Positions 56,638 through 64,000 of a stretch of 64,000 bases of DNA are shown here, one piece after another. Both the position numbers and the translations under genes were made by a program. The notes under the pieces are model-generated. The model was given only the letters and a program-made list of their open reading frames with translations. It ran no database searches and was not told where the DNA came from. The number at the start of each line of letters is the position of its first letter. The stretch's first letter is position 1. Origin of the DNA: Candidatus Falkowbacteria bacterium (GTDB lineage: Bacteria > Patescibacteriota > Patescibacteriia > UBA11705 > JABHMO01); assembly GCA_018674305.1 (NCBI GenBank), contig JABHAL010000004.1:192446-256445 (forward strand). The letters run 5' to 3'.

Positions 56638-58581
56638 TTATTCTTCAGTTGTTACCGTCTCTTCCGCTTCTTCCTCCTCCGGATCATTCGTAACTTCTGG
56701 ATCGTCAGCTAAGGCCTCAGCTTCTTGCTCTTCAATTATATCCTGGGCTTCCTTTTCTTTAGCCTCCGGATCAACTCCCACTAGAAAAACTTCTTGCCAC
56801 GCAACGTAATGACTGGAGTAAGTAATTTTCTCAGTTTCTTGTCCAGGTTTAGTTATATAATGATAAAAAACTGTATCTGCTCCGTTGTGCGCATGCTCAG
56901 TTCTTTTCTTCTCTCCTGGTTCTAAATCTGTGGTTTCTATTTCTTTGGCTGGGCCAGGTTTAGTTATATTAAAGATAGTTGGTTTTAGATATCGGACATT
57001 GGCAACATTCGTTTGTCCTTCAAAGCTAACCTTTCTGCCATCTTTAGTTCCCCAGATTTCGAACATTAAATTATTGCCCCATATTTTTGATTGGATTAGG
57101 ACGTGGTGTTCTGTGTCATTGATAAATTTAAAGTCTGGCCAGGGATCGTAAATGGTGGCATCAGTGCCGGCCGGTTCGTAATAACCAACGCGGTAAGAAT
57201 GGTTTCTGCGAGCAGTTATTTTTAAGCCGGACTGCAAAACAGAGCGGAAAATTGTTGTACCAACTTGGCAAAGACCTCCTCCGTACTCAGGTATAGTTTC
57301 GCCTTTTTTGATAACCAATTCTGGTTTGTATCCATGTTGCCCATCAATATCACCCAAGATTCCAATTAAAGAAAACTCTTCACCTGGCGCAATGAGTGCA
57401 CCGTGTAGAGAAGCTGCGCCTATCCCAATATTATGCCGTCGGTTAGAAGGACTGCCAGAAAAATCAGACCAGCCAGAGCCAATCATTTCTTTGATTCCTA
57501 AGTCATTTGTACTGCCAACATTTACCTCGGGATTAGTGACCTCAACGATTAGTTCAATCTTGGGGTTTTTATTCTTAATTATTTCTTGCAAAATTTTGTT
57601 ATACGACTCTTCTTGGTTTAATTCAAGACCATCTTCACTTGCTTGAAATTCAGCTACTCGGCCAGCTTTAATTTGCAATTTAGCATCAATTGCTGGTTGG
57701 TTGATTTCCTGACCAATTGATTCTAGTTGACCATTAACCATGTCTTGATTTAGGGAAATTGAAACTAATTCTTGTTCATTTAAATCTAACTCCAGCCAAT
57801 GAGTAAAATCCTCCCAGCCAATTTCCCATTGTTTATCAGTATAAGTGAAAATTATTTTTTCTAATTGCAAAAGCTCTTTGATTAATTCACTTTGTGTCAA
57901 AGCATCGTTCTTGGTTATTTGGGGTTGATCAACGCTGTGGATTAAGGTGATAGCTGGATTACTAAAATTTTGAATTGCTAGATCGAGTTGATTTATTGCT
58001 TGATTAAAATTAAAAGTTTCGCCCTGTTTGGCTTCAGAAAAATCTAGGGTGTATTGTTGTTCTTCTGGATCATTAATTTCAATTATAATTTCCGAGTTTT
58101 GAGCCGGTTTCTCCAGAATAGCGAACTCTGTTTGTAGGTTTTGTTTTAATAATTCTTTGTCAAAACGATAGTCGACAGGAATTGATTTTTTAGTGATAGG
58201 AAAGGCTAATAGTTTCAAGTATTTTTTCCAATAGGCATCATTATGTCCAACCGTAAAAGCCTGGTCAATTAAACTTTCCAAGTTCAGGGTTAAAATATTT
58301 TCATCGAGGTTTTCAATTTGTTTAGTGTTGTCTAAATATGAAAAAGTAAAACCATCTTTGTAGGTTTGCTTAAACTTACCTTTAATTATATTAGTGGCCT
58401 GAGTTTTGGTTAACCCACCGAGATTAACATCATCAATTTTTATACCTGGATAAATTTGGTTACTGTATTTATAAGCCAAGGCCATTGAAGTTCCAAATAA
58501 AATAAGTGCAATTATAAAAATAATGCCCAGGGTTATGCCTAGCCACTTAAGATATTTTTTGTTATTTAAATCAAGTGTCAT
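56638..58581 (-). CDS. VanW/YoaR-family protein (N-terminal TM, C-terminal VanW domain, acidic tail)
   Basis: GGGLCQVGTTIFRSVLQSGLKITARRNHS...GTDATI matches the VanW domain signature. Confidence 0.7.
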   Translation of the reverse strand: MTLDLNNKKYLKWLGITLGIIFIIALILFGTSMALAYKYSNQIYPGIKIDDVNLGGLTKTQATNIIKGKFKQTYKDGFTFSYLDNTKQIENLDENILTLNLESLIDQAFTVGHNDAYWKKYLKLLAFPITKKSIPVDYRFDKELLKQNLQTEFAILEKPAQNSEIIIEINDPEEQQYTLDFSEAKQGETFNFNQAINQLDLAIQNFSNPAITLIHSVDQPQITKNDALTQSELIKELLQLEKIIFTYTDKQWEIGWEDFTHWLELDLNEQELVSISLNQDMVNGQLESIGQEINQPAIDAKLQIKAGRVAEFQASEDGLELNQEESYNKILQEIIKNKNPKIELIVEVTNPEVNVGSTNDLGIKEMIGSGWSDFSGSPSNRRHNIGIGAASLHGALIAPGEEFSLIGILGDIDGQHGYKPELVIKKGETIPEYGGGLCQVGTTIFRSVLQSGLKITARRNHSYRVGYYEPAGTDATIYDPWPDFKFINDTEHHVLIQSKIWGNNLMFEIWGTKDGRKVSFEGQTNVANVRYLKPTIFNITKPGPAKEIETTDLEPGEKKRTEHAHNGADTVFYHYITKPGQETEKITYSSHYVAWQEVFLVGVDPEAKEKEAQDIIEEQEAEALADDPEVTNDPEEEEAEETVTTEE

Positions 58582-58800
58582 TTAGTCATCCTTTAATATT
58601 TCGTTAAGTACGTTAACAGCGGTATTTTCTGAAATGGTGGTTTGTTCTACGTCTTCGGTAATGTGAATTCTAACTGCATCACCTTCGTGGTGATTTGTGG
58701 GTAGTTTGTCGACAGGCCAGGTTAGATTGTGGCCATTTCCCAGGTTGATAACAGCTTTATCTTCCTCGATCCGATCAATTGTACCTTTGATGTAATTCAT
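58582..58800 (-). CDS. Small DUF3006-like protein
   Basis: 72 aa; GTIDRIEEDKAVINLGNG pattern; 1 nt from the VanW gene. Confidence 0.4.
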   Translation of the reverse strand: MNYIKGTIDRIEEDKAVINLGNGHNLTWPVDKLPTNHHEGDAVRIHITEDVEQTTISENTAVNVLNEILKDD

Positions 58801-58868
58801 AGCTAGATAGCGATACGAGCGAGACGAGTAGATATTTAACTTGTTTTACTAGTCTTGCTTGTTTCGCT
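58801..58868. repeat. GCGAGAC / GTCTTGCTT repeat element, copy 2
   Basis: tagcgatacgagcgagacgag ... acttgttttactagtcttgcttgtttcgc; arms are imperfect inverted repeats with G-U-compatible differences. Confidence 0.55.
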
Positions 58869-59369
58869 TTAATGTTCCTTTACTTTGATGCTGATCTTTT
58901 TCGTTTCATCAGCTTTTGGTAATTTTATTTTTAAAACATTATCCTTGAGGGTGGCTTCAATCTTGTCTGCCAGAACAGGAAAAGGTAAAATTACACTTCG
59001 GGAAAATTTACCCCAGTAACATTCTTGATATATATATTGATTATGTTTTTCAGCTGCATATTCGCTGGTGCGTTCACCTTTGATGGTCAGTATGTCTTTG
59101 TCTAAGTGAATATCAAGACTCTGGGATAGTGATCCGGCCACAGGAGTAATTACATATAGATTATCTTCGTCTTGATAAATATCAATTGAAAGTTGGGCCT
59201 CCTCTGGAATGTCCGCTTCTTCAGTGAAGGCTGGTGCATAATAGTGATCCTTGACACTTGCTTCGTCCGTTGGTTTAGATATTTCATCAGAAAAAAATTT
59301 ATCTGGATGATAGTGTTGTTCTAGATCATCTAGGTGGTTGAACCAATTTTGATTAAAGTCGTCAGTCAT
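58869..59369 (-). CDS. Hsp20/alpha-crystallin family small heat-shock protein
   Basis: 166 aa; alpha-crystallin domain (YVITPVAGSLSQSLDIHLDKDILTIKGER...LKIKLPK). Confidence 0.8.
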   Translation of the reverse strand: MTDDFNQNWFNHLDDLEQHYHPDKFFSDEISKPTDEASVKDHYYAPAFTEEADIPEEAQLSIDIYQDEDNLYVITPVAGSLSQSLDIHLDKDILTIKGERTSEYAAEKHNQYIYQECYWGKFSRSVILPFPVLADKIEATLKDNVLKIKLPKADETKKISIKVKEH

Positions 59370-59476
59370 ATTAAATAAATTGTTAAATTGTTAAATTGTT
59401 AAACTGTTGTTTAAACAATATAGCAATATAACAATATAACAGTATAACTTCATTATATAATGAAACTCAGGAAAAC

Positions 59477-59512
59477 AAAAGAGTCCCACGTGAGGACTCT
59501 TTTGTTTTATGT
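59477..59512 (-). terminator. Terminator downstream of hup
   Basis: aaaagagtcccacgtgaggactcttttgtttt. Confidence 0.6.
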
Positions 59513-59517
59513 AAAGT

Positions 59518-59874
59518 TTACATTACATCTGAACTTTCATCTACTGGTTCATTTACTGTTTCTTCTACTGGAGCAGCTGGAGCTTCAGCGTGTTGAGATG
59601 CTTTAAGCGCATCTTTTAGAGTTTTTCCAGCTTTGAATTTTACAACCTTAGTTGGAGGAATAGTAATTGGTTGTGATGGATTTTGTGGATTTACACCTTC
59701 ACGACCTTTTCTAACTCTAGCGGAAAAAGTTCCAAACCCGGTTAATGTTACTTCACCACCACTTTTGATAGTTTCTGTAACGGTACTGGTAAGACATTCA
59801 AGCATGTCTTCAGCTTGTTTTTTTGTGACGCCAACTTTGTCAGCAATAACGCCAGCTAATTCTGCTTTATTCAT
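59518..59874 (-). CDS. hup: DNA-binding protein HU with C-terminal extension
   Basis: MNKAELAGVIADKVGVTKKQAEDMLECL...GFGTFSARVRKGREGVNPQ. Confidence 0.9.
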   Translation of the reverse strand: MNKAELAGVIADKVGVTKKQAEDMLECLTSTVTETIKSGGEVTLTGFGTFSARVRKGREGVNPQNPSQPITIPPTKVVKFKAGKTLKDALKASQHAEAPAAPVEETVNEPVDESSDVM

Positions 59875-59924
59875 AGAATCGTTTATTAGTTGTTAGATTT
59901 TAGATTTAAGTTTAAGTAATTAGG

Positions 59925-60287
59925 TTATTTTTTATGTTTTAAAATCAGTGACTTTTCTAAGCCATAAAGCATTTTAGAACATTCATTATACCTAAGAATA
60001 TATGAAAAGAGTTGTTTTTTAGTAAGATAACCTTTAGCCGTAGCAATTTTTAAATGATGTTTTGTCTCTCTAATTTCTCCTTGTGCTCTGCTTATGCATT
60101 CAAGATATATATTGGTATGTTTATTTCCAAACCCTTCAGCTAGATTCGCTGGAGGAGAATTTGAGGAGCGTCTTAATTGAGAACCTAATTCAAAAAGTTC
60201 AAATTTAGGAAAAGACTTTGTAAGGTGATTGATCTCCAGTGTTAAAGTGAATAATTTTTTATAGACATCTAGATCTTCAACTCTCAT
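59925..60287 (-). CDS. Four-helix-bundle protein (TIGR02436-like)
   Basis: YKKLFTLTLEINHLTKSFPKFELFELGSQLRRSSNSPPANLAEGFG signature. Confidence 0.7.
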   Translation of the reverse strand: MRVEDLDVYKKLFTLTLEINHLTKSFPKFELFELGSQLRRSSNSPPANLAEGFGNKHTNIYLECISRAQGEIRETKHHLKIATAKGYLTKKQLFSYILRYNECSKMLYGLEKSLILKHKK

Positions 60288-60321
60288 AATGTTCTTTAAT
60301 CTTAAATCCTACAACTTGAAT

Positions 60322-61122
60322 CTATACTTCAACATTTATTTTAATTCTTTCAATTGACTCAGCAAGTCCTGTTTCTGGCTTAATTATAGCAAAAATTCCA
60401 TCAATTTGGCAAGTCCCAGTTTCTGGAATCTCGTGAACCGCTGGAGTTTGAGTTAAAAAGTTTTTCATAACATTATCAAGACCAACGCCTAAACTTGAGT
60501 TTTTTAGACCAACCATACCAGCATCAGAAATCATGGCCGTGCCTTTTTCTAGGATTTGTTCGTCTGCGGTTTGTACATGTGTGTGTGTTCCAATGACTGC
60601 GCTGATTTGTCCGTCAAAGTATCTTGGTAAAGCGTTTTTTTCTGAAGTAGCTTCCGCATGCAAATCAACAATGACACCTGCTAGGTTACTGTCTTTGTAT
60701 TCGTCTAATATTTCTTGGAGCTTTCGAAAAGGGCAGTCAAACTGCTCACGAAAAAACACTCGTCCCATTAAATTAACAATTAAAATCTTATATGCCCCAA
60801 CTTCAACTACTCTATAACCATCACCGGGTACACCTGGAGGGTAGTTGGCAGGTCGAATGATTGGTAATTTCCCTTCAGATAGAATTTGCTCAACCTCAGC
60901 AGCATTAGAAAAGACATGATTTCCAGAAGTAAAAAAATCAACACCGGCGGAAATCATTTCCTTCAGAGTTTTTTCTGTAATGCCTTTACCATGCGCTAAA
61001 TTTTCTGCATTAGCAATGACTAAATCAGGTTTATATTTTTTCTTTAGCTTTGGTAAAGCCTTGGTTAGCCCTTTACGGCCAATTTTGCCCATGATGTCAC
61101 CAAAGAATAAAATTTTGATCAT
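60322..61122 (-). CDS. ymdB: YmdB-family metallophosphoesterase (TIGR00282)
   Basis: MIKILFFGDIMGKIGRKGL...NAENLAHGKGIT...GNHVF; near rny as in Firmicutes. Confidence 0.8.
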   Translation of the reverse strand: MIKILFFGDIMGKIGRKGLTKALPKLKKKYKPDLVIANAENLAHGKGITEKTLKEMISAGVDFFTSGNHVFSNAAEVEQILSEGKLPIIRPANYPPGVPGDGYRVVEVGAYKILIVNLMGRVFFREQFDCPFRKLQEILDEYKDSNLAGVIVDLHAEATSEKNALPRYFDGQISAVIGTHTHVQTADEQILEKGTAMISDAGMVGLKNSSLGVGLDNVMKNFLTQTPAVHEIPETGTCQIDGIFAIIKPETGLAESIERIKINVEV

Positions 61123-61268
61123 AAATTTATTTGCTAAATATCGTATAGGGATTATAACACCTTTGCTAAATTAACACAACAATAAAAATGGTTGTGTGGA
61201 TATCTTGACGTTTTGCCGCTTTTTAATTAAGATTAAATAAAGGTTGCTCTTTCAATAAGGAGATACTC

Positions 61269-61529
61269 ATGAAAACCTATATTATGGAAATCGGTTTAGT
61301 CTGGGACAATATGGCCGCTGCTGTTGATAAAACAGAATGTCGATTTTCTATGAGAGGCCCAGTTTCAGATCATGATGTTTTGATTCACGCTCAAAATGTG
61401 TTTAGCGGTTTTCATTTTGATCCGCGAGATAGTGAAATAAAAAGTGTTGTTGAAGTTCTGGAAGAACAGCAAGAAACCTTAGAAGATGGAACAGTGAAAC
61501 TTGTTCGCAAGACAAGAGTTGTAACATAA
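61269..61529 (+). CDS. Small hypothetical protein
   Basis: 86 aa; AAGGAG RBS; followed by two tandem terminator hairpins (61537-61570 and 61581-61638). Confidence 0.5.
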   Translation: MKTYIMEIGLVWDNMAAAVDKTECRFSMRGPVSDHDVLIHAQNVFSGFHFDPRDSEIKSVVEVLEEQQETLEDGTVKLVRKTRVVT

Positions 61530-61536
61530 AACCAAA

Positions 61537-61570
61537 AGCACTCCTCGACTACGTTCGGAGTGCTTTTTTA
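61537..61570 (+). terminator. Rho-independent terminator, first of two
   Basis: aagcactcctcgactacgttcggagtgcttttttaa. Confidence 0.6.
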
Positions 61571-61673
61571 ATTTAAACAAAACTCCCCACTTCTAGATAC
61601 TGAAACAAGTTCAGCATGACAGAAGCGGGGAGTTTTTATTTGGTTGCTATAATTTAGTATTTGGAGATTTAGT

Positions 61674-61702
61674 TTATCAGTATATCAGTAAAAATCAGTA
61701 AA
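61674..61702. repeat. ATCAGTA heptamer array (x3)
   Basis: tttatcagtatatcagtaaaaatcagtaaac; near-identical to 18351-18386. Confidence 0.55.
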
Positions 61703-61704
61703 CA

Positions 61705-63222
61705 TTACCTTGCGTATTCAGTAATCCGACTTTCACGAATAATGGTAACTCTAATCTCACCAGGGTATTTAAGTTCTTCTTCAATTTCTTTAGCAACTTT
61801 TTGAGCAAGCTTTTCTGCCGCAAGGTCATTTATTTTATCTGGTTCTACGAATACACGAACTTCACGACCTGCCTGAATAGCATAAACCTTATCTACTCCA
61901 TCATGTCGTTTGGCAATGCCTTCAAGTTCTTCCAGTCGTTGAAGGTATCTTTCATAAGTATCTTTACGTGCGCCTGGACGAGCACCAGAAATAGCATCAG
62001 CAACTTTAACAATGACTGCTTCTAAGGTTGGTGGTTTATCGTCGTGGTGAGTTAGAATTGGAGCAATTATTTCATCTGAAAGCTTAAACTTTTTACCGAT
62101 ATCACGACCTATTTCAGGATGAGTTCCCTGGATTTCGTGATCAACTGCTTTTCCAATATCATGTAAAAACCCAGCCTTCTTGGCTATTGTTACATTGGCG
62201 CCTAAACGTTCAGCTAGTAATGCTGACAAATGAGAAACTTCAATTGAATGTTGTAAAACATTTTGACCGTAACTAGTTCTGTATTTCAAGCGTCCAACAA
62301 TTTGTACTAATTTTGGATCTAGGCCAGCGACACCAACTTCATAACAGGCCTCTTCTCCAGCTTTTTTAATTTCAAGAGCAATTTCTTTTTTTGATTCTTC
62401 AATAGCTTCTTCAATTCGGGCTGGATGAATTCTTCCATCCAAAATTAATTTTTCTAAAGCCTTCTTTGCTACTTGTCTTCGAATTGGGCTAAAGGCTGAA
62501 ACTGTTATTGCTTGTGGTGTGTCGTCAACAATGATTTCTACTCCGGTAGCTTGTTCTATGGCACGAATGTTGCGACCTTCGCGACCAATAATTCGTCCTT
62601 TCATTTCGTCAGATGGTAAATCAACAATAGAGGTAGTTGATTCAACCGCATGAGAAATAGAACAACGTTGAATAACCAAAGCTAAACTTTCTTTGGCTAA
62701 TTTTTCCAGTTCAGTTGAGTTTTCATCTTCTAGTTTTTTGATTCGGCTTACTAAATTTTCGGCCATGTCGCTTTCAACGTTGTTCAGAAGAACTTCCCTT
62801 GCTTGTTCTTTGTTCAAGCCAGCAATTTTTTCTAATTTAGCAAGTTGTTCTTTTTTAATTTCCTGAATTTGAGCTTTAATGTTTTCTAATTTTGTCGCAC
62901 GTTCTTGAAGTTTTGTTTGCTTAGATTCTAGATTTAATAGTTTTTGATCAAATAGAGACTCACGTTTTTCCAATCTTTTTTGCAACTCCCTTATTTCAGA
63001 TCGACGACTGGTTTCTTCTTTTTTCGCTTCATCTATGACTGACAAGGCTTGGTCTTTTGCTTTTAGCAAAATTTCTTTTTCTTGAGTCTTGGCCTCACTA
63101 ATCATGTTTTGCATTTTGGATTCTAGGGAATCTGCTTCTACTTGAGCCATTTTTTTTCTGACAAAATATCCAGCTAAGATACCTAGGATTACACCTGCTC
63201 CAATCAAAATAGGATATAGCAT
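61705..63222 (-). CDS. rny: Ribonuclease Y
   Basis: N-terminal TM, coiled coil, KH domain, HD domain (HDIGK...HHDDKPPT). Confidence 0.9.
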   Translation of the reverse strand: MLYPILIGAGVILGILAGYFVRKKMAQVEADSLESKMQNMISEAKTQEKEILLKAKDQALSVIDEAKKEETSRRSEIRELQKRLEKRESLFDQKLLNLESKQTKLQERATKLENIKAQIQEIKKEQLAKLEKIAGLNKEQAREVLLNNVESDMAENLVSRIKKLEDENSTELEKLAKESLALVIQRCSISHAVESTTSIVDLPSDEMKGRIIGREGRNIRAIEQATGVEIIVDDTPQAITVSAFSPIRRQVAKKALEKLILDGRIHPARIEEAIEESKKEIALEIKKAGEEACYEVGVAGLDPKLVQIVGRLKYRTSYGQNVLQHSIEVSHLSALLAERLGANVTIAKKAGFLHDIGKAVDHEIQGTHPEIGRDIGKKFKLSDEIIAPILTHHDDKPPTLEAVIVKVADAISGARPGARKDTYERYLQRLEELEGIAKRHDGVDKVYAIQAGREVRVFVEPDKINDLAAEKLAQKVAKEIEEELKYPGEIRVTIIRESRITEYAR

Positions 63223-63645
63223 ATTGTATAACTGCTACTCCTGAAGAAACATTTGGCAAGAGGGTCTGTTGTTGAATACTTGTCCGACAGCAGGCCCTTA
63301 TAGAAACACAAAACTAGAAGTCCGTTTTTCGGGGCTTTTTTAGCAAAAGTCCAGTTTTTGAAGAAGTAATTAAATTCATGTTTTTATATTTCTAATTGTC
63401 CTAAAATTAGGACAACGAAGAAAGAAAGTAAGTTTAATCTTGTTCAACCAAATGCGCTTTTTCAAGAGATAGCAATCAATTTATTATTTCTTAATTGTAC
63501 ATACATTATAGCAAGGATTTCAAGGTTTGTCAATGTGTAAAAAGAGGCTTAATTTAGTTGTTGACATTTTGTTTTTTATGGCTTATTCTATAGTATTGGC
63601 TAAAAAGTGAATTTGTATTTAGTTTTTTCAACAATGAGGAGTGCT

Positions 63646-64000
63646 ATGTCAGAACAACTTACAGAGGTATGTCAAAGGGTTTATAATGAAGTTCAAGATG
63701 TTTATTGTTTACGAAGTCGTCTTGAGATTCTAAAAGCTTTTTATGAAGAAGCTTGTAATGTTGTCGAGGCAGTTTTTCAAATTCCTGAAATAGCAAAAAA
63801 AGTACATGCAATTTTGGATGACAATGGAAGTGATATTTTTCGACTTTACCCTAGTTATGGGGTGAGAGGATATTTAGTACTTAGGGTTGATGATAAATTT
63901 CGATTTGTTATGGCCTATTTAGAGAATTCACTTGGCTGTCCGATGAGTAATGATATGTTTGAAGACATTACCCTTGATAATATGAGTGGAGTAAAATCAT
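63646..64000 (+). CDS. Hypothetical protein, 5' part (runs off window end)
   Basis: ATG at 63646 with GAGGAG RBS; 118 codons open to the window end; absent from ORF track. Confidence 0.45.
   Translation, partial: MSEQLTEVCQRVYNEVQDVYCLRSRLEILKAFYEEACNVVEAVFQIPEIAKKVHAILDDNGSDIFRLYPSYGVRGYLVLRVDDKFRFVMAYLENSLGCPMSNDMFEDITLDNMSGVKS

Overview
64 kb of a low-GC (roughly mid-30s % GC by eye) bacterial chromosome, standard genetic code, gene-dense and mostly housekeeping. Core genes: dfx(partial)-rbr-perR, pnp-rpsO, tsaC, nfo, tig, H+-PPase (hppA), rpmF, tsaD-tsaE, pilB-like ATPase, ychF, groES-groEL, yidC, nusA, rpsF-ssb-rpsR, efp, recA, ftsK, clpP, gap, hup, ymdB and rny. There are three tRNAs: Arg-TCT, Arg-CCT and Glu-TTC. 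Many conserved proteins carry K/E/D-rich terminal extensions, and several conserved neighbourhoods are incomplete (nusA without rimP/infB, recA without recX, tsaD/E without tsaB); this suggests, as inference only, a reduced-genome Patescibacteria/CPR-like organism. Non-housekeeping content of note: (i) two identical parS sites and an inverted pair of perfect DnaA boxes, suggesting an origin-proximal location; (ii) an operon of three paralogous zinc-ribbon proteins around a PAP2 phosphatase, and a separate pair of zinc-ribbon membrane proteins, each behind consensus promoters; (iii) a ~470-nt ORF-free unit with a perfect sigma70-type promoter and an intrinsic terminator on the minus strand (large ncRNA candidate), plus a ~120-nt sRNA candidate; (iv) several short intergenic repeat families (MITE-like element, REP-like double hairpins, heptamer arrays, GTCTTGCTT-type repeats); (v) a probably inactive tyrosine recombinase next to two tRNA-Arg genes, and a ~215-bp structured segment after tRNA-Glu that ends in a 17-bp copy of the tRNA 3' end; (vi) a protein-kinase-fold protein directly after tsaD-tsaE. 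No CRISPR array, rRNA or obvious prophage is present. All similarity calls are from reading the translations by eye; no database search was run.
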